From contig CAXXSL010000016.1 of NCBI GenBank assembly GCA_963675525.2, forward strand, positions 192,001 through 256,000: a DNA stretch of 64,000 nucleotides, given 5' to 3'. The first letter of the stretch is position 1. Each line of letters begins with the position of its first letter. Of this stretch, positions 9,408-19,749 are shown piece by piece. The stretch comes from Anaerohalosphaeraceae bacterium (lineage in GTDB: Bacteria; Planctomycetota; Phycisphaerae; Sedimentisphaerales; Anaerohalosphaeraceae). The position numbers were made by a program, and so were the translations under genes. The notes under the pieces are model-generated. The model was not told where the DNA came from. It searched no databases and saw nothing but the letters and a program-made list of their open reading frames with translations.

Positions 9408-11063
9408 TCACTGTTCATCTGGATTGGACAGCCAGTTCTGGCTCATGATCACGAAGTCGTCGAGATTCACAACCCCATTGAAATCCAGATCTCCCTGAAT
9501 CAAATTTTCGGGTTTTGCAGAATAGAGGTAGTCCTGGTACAACTGCCGCAGGTCTACTGCACGCAGTCGACCGGCTGCAATATGTGCAGCAACAACATCG
9601 ATATAATCCTTGAAATCCTGCAGGTTTCCTTCGTTAACGCCGGATGCGCTGCCATCTGTATAGTGATGCCATACTTCAACATGAATCGCCCTGTCACCTT
9701 CGTCTTCGGGACCTCGATCTCTTACATATGTCCAATCTACATGCGGCGGTTCCTGGCTTGTACCCGAGGGATTAGTCACCTCATAAATGGCTTCGTCGGC
9801 CCCTTCCCTTAATGTACCTGACGAGTATGTCCCCGGTGTCCATAGTAACGTCCCCACATTAGCTTCCAGCATTTTATAAGCATTCGCCAAATGCGTGTCA
9901 TTGGCTGCACGTATTTCTGTATTTTCATCCCACATTGTCAATAAACCATAATACCCCATGCCATGGCCCTGCCTGGGGCGCCCAAACATGTATGGCTTTA
10001 AGTACTGCTCATGATGCGGCAGCCACCACTCCTGCGGTGATCCAAAAATGCCAGCTCCAAAACCTAAGCCATTCTCATCCATCCATTGGCGATTTTCTTC
10101 AATATCGGCAATCAAATCTTCAACCAGTGTTTGAGGGTTTGACCATAAGTCAGTAATACCATCTCCTCTATCTCGCGGGGGACTATGGCTAACTCCATGG
10201 TTGATATGGATGCATCCAGCCTTTTCAAGTGCTTGATTTTGGGCTAACGTCATTCCCTCAGAAAGGCCAACACCAACACCATTCGAGAAGTTTTTATTGA
10301 TGAATAATGAAATGGGAATCCCCCGGCTTAAAGCATACATGGCTGCATCGTACTGCTTGATATAGTTGTCATCAAAGGTGCAGCAGTACAGCGGCATTTT
10401 CAATCGACCGTCCCATACCGTCAGACCATTGACTAAAATATAGGCCGGTTGCTCATTGTCCTGAGGGACTGCCAGAATCGTAATGCCATCCAAGGCTCCA
10501 ATATCTCCCGGATTGTACCCGTGTGTCGGGGTAAGTGTGTAATCAATCCATCCCGTACGAGGGCTTCTGCTGGTGAACCAGACAAGGTAGGAGTATTCGG
10601 CGCCTTCTGAACGGAGTTTAATATAAACGCTCTGTATATTATGATCTCCGGGCGGAATATAGAACCTGAATTTAATGGATTTATGTTTCCAATTTAGTGT
10701 CGGTGATATATCGCAGGTAAAATAAGATGCGATATGTCCCACAATATTTAATTTGGTGGATTGCAACCCCTCAATCTTTCGAGAATCATATTCAACCGAT
10801 CCGATTCCTGCATATTTGGGCTCAAGTATGAGGCCCGTCCCATCAAAGAAATCTTCAAATCCCGGTGTTATCCGCCCTTTGGCACAGACCGGACCTGCAA
10901 ATGTTTTCTGTATCTTTGAATGCTCCATCCCTTCTTGAAAGAGACTCGTAAAGGAAGACATAGTTAATCCTGACTCCACCTTAAGGCCCAGTAAACCTAT
11001 ACACTGTGCCCTGGATGTTGCCATCAAGATGCATATCAACAAGGTTATTTTCCATTTTTTCAT
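9408..11063 (-). CDS. Secreted polysaccharide deacetylase-like (NodB/CE4) protein with C-terminal dockerin-like motif
   Basis: Signal peptide; CTFDDNY, NHGVSH, late VWHH; ends GDLDFNGVVNLDDFVIMSQNWL. Confidence 0.75.
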   Translation of the reverse strand: MKKWKITLLICILMATSRAQCIGLLGLKVESGLTMSSFTSLFQEGMEHSKIQKTFAGPVCAKGRITPGFEDFFDGTGLILEPKYAGIGSVEYDSRKIEGLQSTKLNIVGHIASYFTCDISPTLNWKHKSIKFRFYIPPGDHNIQSVYIKLRSEGAEYSYLVWFTSRSPRTGWIDYTLTPTHGYNPGDIGALDGITILAVPQDNEQPAYILVNGLTVWDGRLKMPLYCCTFDDNYIKQYDAAMYALSRGIPISLFINKNFSNGVGVGLSEGMTLAQNQALEKAGCIHINHGVSHSPPRDRGDGITDLWSNPQTLVEDLIADIEENRQWMDENGLGFGAGIFGSPQEWWLPHHEQYLKPYMFGRPRQGHGMGYYGLLTMWDENTEIRAANDTHLANAYKMLEANVGTLLWTPGTYSSGTLREGADEAIYEVTNPSGTSQEPPHVDWTYVRDRGPEDEGDRAIHVEVWHHYTDGSASGVNEGNLQDFKDYIDVVAAHIAAGRLRAVDLRQLYQDYLYSAKPENLIQGDLDFNGVVNLDDFVIMSQNWLSNPDEQ

Positions 11064-11121
11064 ATGAAACGCCCTCTACCAACTTAGCGTATTCTACCCG
11101 ATCGGAAGCTGAAAATCAATT

Positions 11122-12273
11122 TCAGGCAGGGTTGAATTGAGTAATAAACTCCACTGTGCGGCGGACGGTTCTTTCACTGGCCCGGGGATGAAGCGGAAGA
11201 TTGACCGTCTCAGCAGCAGCTTTTTCGGCTTCCGGGCACATGCCGATAGTATAATCGTATGGAGCCAGCGGCGTTTCCTCCGGATGCAGAGGCGATTCGA
11301 ACCAACTGCCCAGTTCAATACCCGCGGATGCGGCTTTTTCAAGGGCTTCTTTTTTTTGCTTGATCCGTACCGGATAACGAACCATGACCGGGTCCATGAT
11401 GGACGTATCATAATTTCGGGTCGGCCAACCCTTCGCCGCAAGCAATTCGTCATAGCGGGTACCCATTTGTCGTCTGTGGTCGATATTCTGTTGCAGTTTC
11501 CCTAACTGTTTTAAACCAGAGCAGGCCTGTACGGCACCCATTCCTTTAAAAAAGTCACCCGCCATTTCAGGAACAAACTCTGCCGTCGAAGAAGACCCCA
11601 CAACCAAGCCTTTTTTGGTGAGGAACCGAAAGAGTGTCTGGGCCAGTGCTGTTGTGCGGGGATAAATGAATGCGCGATAGACCGCCAGTTGTGCGGAAAG
11701 CATCAATTTGTCCTTTGTAGAAGGGTGAATCATTTCGCTTTCGCGCAACTGTTCAATCCTGTCGGCAAGTTCTTTATCATTGGTGATGGCCATCCCACCC
11801 AAACCCGTTGTAAAAGGTTTGTTCCACTGGAAGGAAAAATATGCCGCTTGACCCAACGTACCAACAAGTTTGTCCTTATACATTGAACCGAGTGATAGAC
11901 AGCAGTCTTCAATGACTGGAATATGGTGCTGTTGAGCAATTTCGAGGATCGCATCCATATCACAGGGATAGCCATAGGTATGCTGAGCAATAATCAGCTT
12001 GGTGTTGGGGGTAATTTTTTCTCCGATCAACCCGGGAATCATGTTAAAGGTATTCGGCTCGATATCCACATAGATTGGTTTTGCTCCCACATACTTGATA
12101 GGATTGACATCCATCACGCAGGTATAACCGGGCAAGATCACTTCGTCGCCCGAGCCGACCTCCAAGCCGCGCAGTATCGCATACAAAGCAACGCGGGCTT
12201 TCCAGAAAGAGAACGCTTTGTTCGCACAGACTACATCTCCGTATGACTTTTCAAAGCTTTGAATTTTACCCAT
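11122..12273 (-). CDS. DegT/DnrJ/EryC1/StrS family PLP aminotransferase
   Basis: GDEVILPGYTC, QHTYGYP, IEDCC, FSFQWNKPFTTGLGG, NLPLHP. Confidence 0.9.
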   Translation of the reverse strand: MGKIQSFEKSYGDVVCANKAFSFWKARVALYAILRGLEVGSGDEVILPGYTCVMDVNPIKYVGAKPIYVDIEPNTFNMIPGLIGEKITPNTKLIIAQHTYGYPCDMDAILEIAQQHHIPVIEDCCLSLGSMYKDKLVGTLGQAAYFSFQWNKPFTTGLGGMAITNDKELADRIEQLRESEMIHPSTKDKLMLSAQLAVYRAFIYPRTTALAQTLFRFLTKKGLVVGSSSTAEFVPEMAGDFFKGMGAVQACSGLKQLGKLQQNIDHRRQMGTRYDELLAAKGWPTRNYDTSIMDPVMVRYPVRIKQKKEALEKAASAGIELGSWFESPLHPEETPLAPYDYTIGMCPEAEKAAAETVNLPLHPRASERTVRRTVEFITQFNPA

Positions 12274-12367
12274 TTTTATTATCCCTCCTCTTCTTATGAC
12301 TCAATAGAAGTTGCCTCTGGCATATTTGTTGTCTGCTGGATGTTAAGCCGATAAAACGTTTTTTCAT
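12266..12367 (-). CDS. Possible 33-aa upstream ORF overlapping the DegT start
   Basis: TAGGAG RBS, ATG 12367, MKKRFIGLTSSRQQICQRQLLLSHKKRRDNKNG, stop TAA 12268-12266 inside the first codons of the DegT gene. Confidence 0.3.
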   Translation of the reverse strand: MKKRFIGLTSSRQQICQRQLLLSHKKRRDNKNG

Positions 12368-12700
12368 AGGTACAATCTCCTAAACTCAGCATCAATACCA
12401 CACTAAACCCATCGGATATCCGATAATTTAAAATGGCATAGTTTTTTGGAAACAAGCCACAACTTTTGGGGCAAATCTTATTTTTTACTTGAAAATATAC
12501 TTCGAGTTAACCTATAATTCCCTCTATATTGTTTTGTTTCTTGTACAAAATAATGAAAAGATCAATGCTCTATTATTTGCCACTCTAGCTTAACTTTTAA
12601 AGCGCGTCTATTGTAAAGACGAGATTCAGGTGTGATTCCTGGGGGTGGCTCCATTTTTTATAGTTCACCAAACTCATGAAATCTGAGCGTAAGAAAGAAT

Positions 12701-13678
12701 GTGATGGCTTCAATTGATTCAAATACAGCCGCCCCGGCACTTGGTGGAACGCTAAAAAACTTTGCGTATGACCTTCAGAAACAAGGCAAAACAGCACATC
12801 TGACCGATTGCGATAATCAGATATGGATTCCATGGTCCAGATTTGAACTGACACGAATGCCAATGACTAACACATCGACACCTAATCCGAAAGAACTTAA
12901 AGCACTTCTAAAAAAACCTGGCATTCATATACTTACATACCTAATAGAACCCACAGAGTCATATCCGGCAAACTGTTTTCTATATCTCTGTCGGAATCAA
13001 GAATATGACTTATACTGCCTGAGTAAGAATGGTCGTAAAGCAATTAAACGAGGCTTTCGTAATGTTAGCATCCGCCGAATCCCATGGGAAGAGTTTGAGG
13101 AAAAGGGTTACCCTGCCTACGCAGAAACAGATATTCGCCATGGTTACCCTGAGCCCGCAATGGAAAAGTTCTTGGAATTTGTCGATCAACGAAAACACTC
13201 ACCTTTTTATGAAGTATGGGGCACCTGTGACAGCGAAAAATTACTTTCCTGGCTGGTACTGTTCAAAGTAGATAACTGGGCACTTTTCGAAGCTTCACCT
13301 AGCTGTGACGTTGCTTTGCAGAATTATGCCAACAACGCATTAAGGTATGAGGTACTTCGCACTTTACTGGTCGAAGAAAAACGCTCTGAAGTGCTCACTG
13401 GCTTGAGCAGCATAAACCCCAATTCTGACCCTAAGTCACTTTACATCTACAATACTCGCATGGGATTTGAGGCTGTTCCAATGCGTCGCATTTTCATGCC
13501 TGCAGCCTGGCTTGAAATAATAACCAAGCCCAAACTGGCCGCACATTTCTGGTCTTTAATGACAAAAATATTACCACAGATTTCGGCTTTGAATAAACTA
13601 GCTGGCATGAGTCGTCTGATATCCGGCTTGGAGGACGACCCTCTCGGCTGGGTAAATGAGTTGAAGGACGAAAACTAA
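12701..13678 (+). CDS. Hypothetical protein, probable FemAB/BioF2-like GNAT fold
   Basis: LSKNGRKAIKRG.RNVSIRR, YANNALRYEVL, SLYIYNTRMGFE resemble FemABX-type GNAT segments. Confidence 0.55.
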   Translation: MMASIDSNTAAPALGGTLKNFAYDLQKQGKTAHLTDCDNQIWIPWSRFELTRMPMTNTSTPNPKELKALLKKPGIHILTYLIEPTESYPANCFLYLCRNQEYDLYCLSKNGRKAIKRGFRNVSIRRIPWEEFEEKGYPAYAETDIRHGYPEPAMEKFLEFVDQRKHSPFYEVWGTCDSEKLLSWLVLFKVDNWALFEASPSCDVALQNYANNALRYEVLRTLLVEEKRSEVLTGLSSINPNSDPKSLYIYNTRMGFEAVPMRRIFMPAAWLEIITKPKLAAHFWSLMTKILPQISALNKLAGMSRLISGLEDDPLGWVNELKDEN

Positions 13679-13730
13679 GAATTCTCTCCAGACCGAAACT
13701 CAAATTGATTTTGGTTGGATACATATTATC

Positions 13731-14951
13731 TTACTGGCCACAGATCAAGCGTTTATACTGATCAACAACAGTAGAACGAGAGAAATATTTCTCAGCATAA
13801 TCGCGTGCATTGCGCCCGTACTCATGCCGGATCGATTCATTATCGGCTATCCACAAAATGGCATCGGCCAAGGCTTGCGGGTCCTGCGGTGGACACACAA
13901 GCCCACAGGGAACATTACGGATAAGCCGGGCGCTATCGGATTTATCCGAGGCAGATGCAATAACCGCTCTGCCGGCAGCCATGTAACCCAGGACTTTGCT
14001 TGGAACACTTGTCATGCCCGAATCGGGGAGCAAGGTTAACACGCCAACATCAGCCGTTGCTTGAAGTTCCTTCAGCCGGTCGTCCGGCTGAAACGGCAGA
14101 AAGTGAATGTTTTCGGCACCCCTCTCTTGTGCCATCTTCTGCATTTGTTTCTTAATAACACCTTCGCCTACGACTAAGATTAAAATGTCCTTTCGATGCT
14201 CGAGGTGTTTGGCAGTTTCTATAAGAATCTGCGCACCGCTAACATGGCCTATTGTGCCGGCAAAGAGTGCAACAAATGTGTCAGAGGCAATGCCCTGCTG
14301 CCTGCGCCAATCGTTGTCACGCGACATGGGTTGAATTTTCTGTGTATCTATCCAAAACGGAATTACATCTACACTTTCAGCGGCAATACCGCGGGCGACC
14401 ACCTGGTCTTTCATACCCTGGCCAAGAACACTGATAACATCACTGCATCTGCAATTGAGAGTATCAATTTTACGAAGAACACGGTAAACGAAATTCTCCT
14501 TTACAAGGCCTGCATTTAGAACAGCCTCCGGCCAAAGGTCAAAAATCACGTTTACAAATCGCCCTCTCCACAAACGGGCTAACGCCCACGCCGCCCAAAC
14601 ACCTGTTAAGGGAGTAGAGAGACATACAACAACATCGTGACGTCCAAGTGACAAACCGTTAATAAACGAACTGGCCGCAAACGACGTATACACACCTAAC
14701 CGTTTGAGCGATGAAGTTTTGTCGGCTATCAACATCGCCACTCGCTGGACTTCGTGCCGGCCATCGCGTTCTTTTTGCCGCCATTTCATCTTGTAGCCCG
14801 GATAAAGTTTTCCTTTAGGGTGATTGGGCCATCCGGTTTGCACCGTGACCTTGTGCCCTTTAGCCGAAAGGTCGTCAGCTAACTCTCTGACCATTATACC
14901 TGCAGGTGCAACCTCGGGCGGATAGACATAACAGATTATCAGTATCTTCAA
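13731..14951 (-). CDS. Glycosyltransferase family 4 (WcaI/WbuB-like)
   Basis: YPPE, TGWPNHPKG, DLWPE, FAGTIG, PSKVLGYMAAGRAVI. Confidence 0.92.
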   Translation of the reverse strand: MKILIICYVYPPEVAPAGIMVRELADDLSAKGHKVTVQTGWPNHPKGKLYPGYKMKWRQKERDGRHEVQRVAMLIADKTSSLKRLGVYTSFAASSFINGLSLGRHDVVVCLSTPLTGVWAAWALARLWRGRFVNVIFDLWPEAVLNAGLVKENFVYRVLRKIDTLNCRCSDVISVLGQGMKDQVVARGIAAESVDVIPFWIDTQKIQPMSRDNDWRRQQGIASDTFVALFAGTIGHVSGAQILIETAKHLEHRKDILILVVGEGVIKKQMQKMAQERGAENIHFLPFQPDDRLKELQATADVGVLTLLPDSGMTSVPSKVLGYMAAGRAVIASASDKSDSARLIRNVPCGLVCPPQDPQALADAILWIADNESIRHEYGRNARDYAEKYFSRSTVVDQYKRLICGQ

Positions 14952-15070
14952 AATAAGCTTTCTATTCAGACGGCAAGACGGGCGAAAATTTCATTCATAA
15001 TGATTCTTGAAGAAAGTCCAACTACAATGAAAATCACTCTCTCTCGGATTTGCGGGGAGGGAGTTGCATT

Positions 15071-16912
15071 TTATTCCCAACAATTAGATTGATTAAGAAG
15101 ACCACACGACATCCATTCCAAAGAGAGCTCTGCAAAATCAATAATATCTATTTTACAATCTCCATTTGAATCCATAAGTGGAGGACCAGGACATTCTTCC
15201 GTTGGAATTGGGCCACCGCCTATAGGATTGCCGGGAATCAAATTATTTTCGTAGGCACTTGCAATACGTCCGGCTATCCATGCTTCCCCATCGGCATCCG
15301 GATGCACTTGGTCAAGGATGGAAACTTCATCATATCCCTCCGGGTAGCTCCATACGTCGGCGTAGGGCAACCTGAGTTTGTGAGCAGTATACTGTAAAAG
15401 CCGGTTGATTTGTCTTTGTGTGTAGTTTTCATTGATATATTCCTGGGGATTTGTATCTATTCTCGGAATCATCCCACACACAACAATGTCCTCAGCCCCC
15501 CTTGATATAGAACTGCCGTCAGAATTGTATATAAGCGATAGTTGTGAGTCTGCGATTAACTTTGCGGCTTGGCCTGCAACCATCGCCGCCACCGTATCCA
15601 AATAGGCGTCTGACAAAGAAGCAGAATTAACAAATAATGACATATCTTTTGTACATATCCCATTTACCGGGACAAAAATAACATCCTTCATCGCACAAAG
15701 GTCGGAACCAAGCGAGTTCCAACGCCATATTATTGGCGTTACTAACCCGTTGTTCAACGTTAAATAATTGCCACCGATTGAGGCATCTATAACATAACGT
15801 TCATAGGTGAACGCAGTCGCCAATTCTTCTCTGATATTATACGCTATACTGTCCCCCAAACACACAACGGGTTTTCGGCACACAACCACTCGACTGACAA
15901 CCGCCTCTCCATCCTCATTCGTCAGACGAATTCGCCGAATCTTGTTTGCGGCGGTTATCGTTTCCCACATACGATCATCGGCAAGACTTATCATTCTTAT
16001 GTCGGCCGCTCCTCCCACCTGTCCCTGTCCGACTTCGTAGTTGCAATAGAATACCTGATACGCTCCAGACGCGGCGTTAATCCAGATGAAGTAGTCTATC
16101 TTGTGTCCATCCTGTCCTGTTAGACTATCAAAATTAGTACCATCATCCACCGTATCGGCAGACATATCAATCGTCATCGTGACTTGAGTGACGTTGGCCG
16201 CAGTTGCAGTATCCGTGCACTGGAGTTCAATTGTAAGAGAATTATCGTCTGGCACGTTTACATCTTCAAAAACAATCCAATATTTGCCGGCATTTGGTGT
16301 CGCCAAACTCACAACACTTCCATCGCCTAAATCGGTTGTATCATCGTATTCGATAAATTCAGATGTTGAAACGGTGCAGTCCATCAATAAATCAGACGAA
16401 GTATCAGTTGTCATACTCACTGTGTCCGCATCGACAACATACCACTGAAAAATATCGCTCCCTGAATCTCGCCGCACAATCGACCGGCCTCCGCTGGTAT
16501 AAAAGGCAATGAACTCATCTGATTCCACCGCCACAGGATTTCCATTAATCGTCGGATTTGAAATTGTAACCGTGTATATGCCCGTAGCTGGAGAAGCCAG
16601 GCCTGCATTGACTTGAGATGTTATATCAATTTCACGCTCAAGCACAAATTCACCCGCTGAACCACTAACAATCTTTAATTTGGCAGATGTGCAATCAACC
16701 CCCCAACTGTAAAGTCGTAACCGGACTTGGACTAATGTCCCATCAACCCCGAACCGACAAGCTGGGTTTGACATTGTCGATTCACCGTTTGATGTTGCCC
16801 CGCTGCTGGCAGCAAATCCATATCCACCGCAGTTAATTGAAACGGCAGATGAATCATATACCCCCAACGCCTGCATACACATCAACAAAAATATAATCGT
16901 TGTAAATTTCAA
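15071..16912 (-). CDS. Secreted SGNH/GDSL-like esterase with C-terminal Cys-bracketed dockerin-like tail
   Basis: TTG start, signal peptide; VCLGDSI (block I), SIGG, DQVHPDADG (DxxH); tail DSNGDCKIDIIDFAELSLEWMSCG. Confidence 0.7.
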   Translation of the reverse strand: MKFTTIIFLLMCMQALGVYDSSAVSINCGGYGFAASSGATSNGESTMSNPACRFGVDGTLVQVRLRLYSWGVDCTSAKLKIVSGSAGEFVLEREIDITSQVNAGLASPATGIYTVTISNPTINGNPVAVESDEFIAFYTSGGRSIVRRDSGSDIFQWYVVDADTVSMTTDTSSDLLMDCTVSTSEFIEYDDTTDLGDGSVVSLATPNAGKYWIVFEDVNVPDDNSLTIELQCTDTATAANVTQVTMTIDMSADTVDDGTNFDSLTGQDGHKIDYFIWINAASGAYQVFYCNYEVGQGQVGGAADIRMISLADDRMWETITAANKIRRIRLTNEDGEAVVSRVVVCRKPVVCLGDSIAYNIREELATAFTYERYVIDASIGGNYLTLNNGLVTPIIWRWNSLGSDLCAMKDVIFVPVNGICTKDMSLFVNSASLSDAYLDTVAAMVAGQAAKLIADSQLSLIYNSDGSSISRGAEDIVVCGMIPRIDTNPQEYINENYTQRQINRLLQYTAHKLRLPYADVWSYPEGYDEVSILDQVHPDADGEAWIAGRIASAYENNLIPGNPIGGGPIPTEECPGPPLMDSNGDCKIDIIDFAELSLEWMSCGLLNQSNCWE

Positions 16913-17045
16913 CTCATTACCTCTGTCCTAATAATGTAGTAATATCATGTTTGATTTAGGAATATGACGGATTGAATTCCACCTTCGTCAAAGGTGCTAT
17001 ACCGAATGGAAAAGTCCTTACAACTCCGTGCTGGTTCGCATAGCA

Positions 17046-17615
17046 TTACTTTCTGACAATTGAATAATTAATTCTATTACACGGCTTGCCATATTTAATA
17101 TATGCATTTTCGATAACACTTTCCTGAATCATCCCGCATTTTTCCATAACTTTTTTTGAGCCGACGTTATCTTCAAAAGTCCAGGCATCGATACGCTCAA
17201 GGCCCCACTGTTTAAATCCAAACTCAATCGCTAACGGCAGCACTTCTGACATTAACCCTTTACGCCAATATTTCCGGCCGATCCAAAAACCCAAATCAGC
17301 AAAATCATCTTCATCATTATTTTTTGAAAAAGAAACGATACCAATAACTTTACCCGTGTCTTTAAGAACGACCCCTAATCTGAGACTCTTTTCTTTTTTA
17401 GACCTAACAAATGCCCCGACAATTATCTTTAAGCCCTTGTTGAAATGTCCCGCAAGCCTTCCAATGACACTCCCAACAGGAGTCCCCATACACCCTTTCC
17501 CCGGGGGCCCAGTCCATTTGCCTACTTCTTTATCCCTGATATTGCGATATACGTTAAATAGATCTGTAACTTTAAGCTTTCGCAATAATATTCTATCCGT
17601 TTTAAATTGGCACAT
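17046..17615 (-). CDS. GNAT family N-acyltransferase (RimJ/RimL-like)
   Basis: TDRILLR, LGFWIGRKYWRKGLMSE, NVGSKKVMEKCG. Confidence 0.88.
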   Translation of the reverse strand: MCQFKTDRILLRKLKVTDLFNVYRNIRDKEVGKWTGPPGKGCMGTPVGSVIGRLAGHFNKGLKIIVGAFVRSKKEKSLRLGVVLKDTGKVIGIVSFSKNNDEDDFADLGFWIGRKYWRKGLMSEVLPLAIEFGFKQWGLERIDAWTFEDNVGSKKVMEKCGMIQESVIENAYIKYGKPCNRINYSIVRK

Positions 17616-17733
17616 CGAACTTGTCCTGATTATGCTGATTCTTTCGTGATCTTGTATATGAATTAATTGTTACCCATACTTCACATCTTTTAAATGCCCA
17701 CCACAAAACAGGCATGGGGGGCTGACGCCGATG

Positions 17734-17955
17734 TCAGGACTGTGACAGGAACGCTTTAATCGAAGCAATGTCAATTAATTCGATGGCGTCAGATGGCGAA
17801 ATACTGATACTGAATTCCTTTTGCAAAGCCATGATGAGAGCAACGTGGGCCATGGAGTCCCAGCCTTCGACGGTGTCGATGGACATGTCGTCCGTTAACT
17901 TTTCGATACCGAAGGCGTCCCGGAAGATTTTTTCGAGTTTTTCATGCATTGTCAT
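17734..17955 (-). CDS. Acyl carrier protein
   Basis: 73 aa acidic; GWDSMAHV phosphopantetheine-Ser motif; LQKEFSI. Confidence 0.92.
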   Translation of the reverse strand: MTMHEKLEKIFRDAFGIEKLTDDMSIDTVEGWDSMAHVALIMALQKEFSISISPSDAIELIDIASIKAFLSQS

Positions 17956-17984
17956 TTTTTCCGTCCACAGATTTCACCGATTTT

Positions 17985-19745
17985 TTATTCAATTTTTAGA
18001 TATTCGAAGTTCTTTGGAGCATAGTTTTCGAGATCATAATGATAGTGTGCCGTTATTTCATCCGAATCCGTTTTCACGAAGTCCATTTTATCCCAAAAAT
18101 CCATCACCAGAGCATTTTTAGGGGTTTTGATGTACTCCGCTTCAAGACCACCTGCACTGGCTGAAATCGCATCGCAGCAGATACGATCGACAAGAGCGTC
18201 TTCGGCCTGACGCCCGATGATGCGGCAACTCATCAGGAAGGTGTCAATCCGCCATTGCTTACCCTGCTTTTGGACCAGAGCCAGTCCCACGGTGCCGTTG
18301 TCGCCGAATTTATCTTTCAATCCCAGCACATAGACATTCCATTCAGGGCTTTCGAACATGTGACGAATGTTTTCCTCGGTGTAGCGTCGTGTTGTCAGAT
18401 TGAACTGGTTGGTTCGCTGGGTTAGCTGGGCTGCACGCTTGACGTCTTTTTCCTGGGCCGGGCGAATGGAACAAATCATCTCAAGTGATTTAAGATAGTC
18501 TTCGAGTGTCGCCGCTGATTCTTGAAGCTGGTTCCGCTGCCGCTGGGCGGCGTACATTTGTCCCCGTTTTTTGTCTTCCTCCGTCAAAGACGCTTTGGCG
18601 AAGAAATTGGTTTCACGGAGTGTTTTTGCATACAACGCCGGATTGGCAGGCAATTCCAATACTTCAACTTCGGGCAGCATCTGACACATGAGTTCTCGTT
18701 CGGCAGGATTGTCATCAACAAAAACCATCGTATCCAGTCCAATGTTGATTTCATCGGCGAGTTTCTTCATATTATCCGGTTTCGGATTCCAGTTGACACA
18801 AACAGACGCAAAATGTTCCTCTTTGAGTATCATATGCGGATGCTCGCGCAGGACTTGTATCACATCGGCTTCGTTATTTTTACTATTAATCGCCAAGATG
18901 ACGCCCTGCTCATATAATTCAAAGATCGCTTTTTGGAAGTCCACAAATTCTCGTCCGGGCCAGTCCGGCCCCAGTACGATGCCGTTCATGCCGTCTTCGC
19001 CGATGATTCCGCCCCAGAGCGTATTATCGCAGTCCAGCACCAGGCACTTACGGATAAGTCCGGTACGTACCTTCAGATGCGAAATGAGCTTTTTGGCTAA
19101 CAGGGCCAGAAAACCTTCGGGAAACGGAATGCGGGCCATCGCCATCATTTCCGGCGAGATTGCATTGGCATAGCCGTAATAAGCAGCCAATTCATCCAGA
19201 TCACAAATCTGCACACGGGGATCGTCCCTAAAAGTCTCCCACAACCGCTGATTGGCTTTATCTAGTTTGAGCTGACGTTCAGACGGCAGAAGATGCAGGT
19301 GCCAGTCCGGCGACATCATAAAAGTAGCCACCACAAGAAGACCGGATGTGTTCTGTCGGAAGGCTTGTGCCAGGGCGATGATCTCATCGGCTGCGGCAAC
19401 CGGTTCTTTCGCCAGTTTATCGGCTTCGGCGATCAATACCGTCACATCCGGGGAAAAAGCGTAGAGGCCGCTCTGAGGATTCAGGATTTCCTGGCTGACC
19501 TGGCCGTAAGGCGCCGTATAGGCCTGAAGGCCAATTGAACAGGCCGCGGCTTCAACGGTCACAAAATCCACAAGCGGATCAATGGTAAAAGAGCCGAGAA
19601 AGGCGGTAGTCAGACTCGCCTTCAAATTCGCCGTGTCGGAACTGAAATTCTCGCGGATTATTCGGGCCGCTTTGCGGTATGCAAGCCACGTTGCATTTTT
19701 CTGAGCCGTATAAATGATATCATTCAGCTTTTCGATTTGACTCAT
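17985..19745 (-). CDS. FkbH-like HAD-IIIC glyceryl-ACP synthase
   Basis: Likely start MSQIEK 19745; CLVLDCDNTLWGG, SKNN, FVDDNPAE, QRTNQFN, DKFGDNG, FLMSCRIIGR. Confidence 0.93.
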   Translation of the reverse strand: MSQIEKLNDIIYTAQKNATWLAYRKAARIIRENFSSDTANLKASLTTAFLGSFTIDPLVDFVTVEAAACSIGLQAYTAPYGQVSQEILNPQSGLYAFSPDVTVLIAEADKLAKEPVAAADEIIALAQAFRQNTSGLLVVATFMMSPDWHLHLLPSERQLKLDKANQRLWETFRDDPRVQICDLDELAAYYGYANAISPEMMAMARIPFPEGFLALLAKKLISHLKVRTGLIRKCLVLDCDNTLWGGIIGEDGMNGIVLGPDWPGREFVDFQKAIFELYEQGVILAINSKNNEADVIQVLREHPHMILKEEHFASVCVNWNPKPDNMKKLADEINIGLDTMVFVDDNPAERELMCQMLPEVEVLELPANPALYAKTLRETNFFAKASLTEEDKKRGQMYAAQRQRNQLQESAATLEDYLKSLEMICSIRPAQEKDVKRAAQLTQRTNQFNLTTRRYTEENIRHMFESPEWNVYVLGLKDKFGDNGTVGLALVQKQGKQWRIDTFLMSCRIIGRQAEDALVDRICCDAISASAGGLEAEYIKTPKNALVMDFWDKMDFVKTDSDEITAHYHYDLENYAPKNFEYLKIE

Positions 19746-19749
19746 TCCG

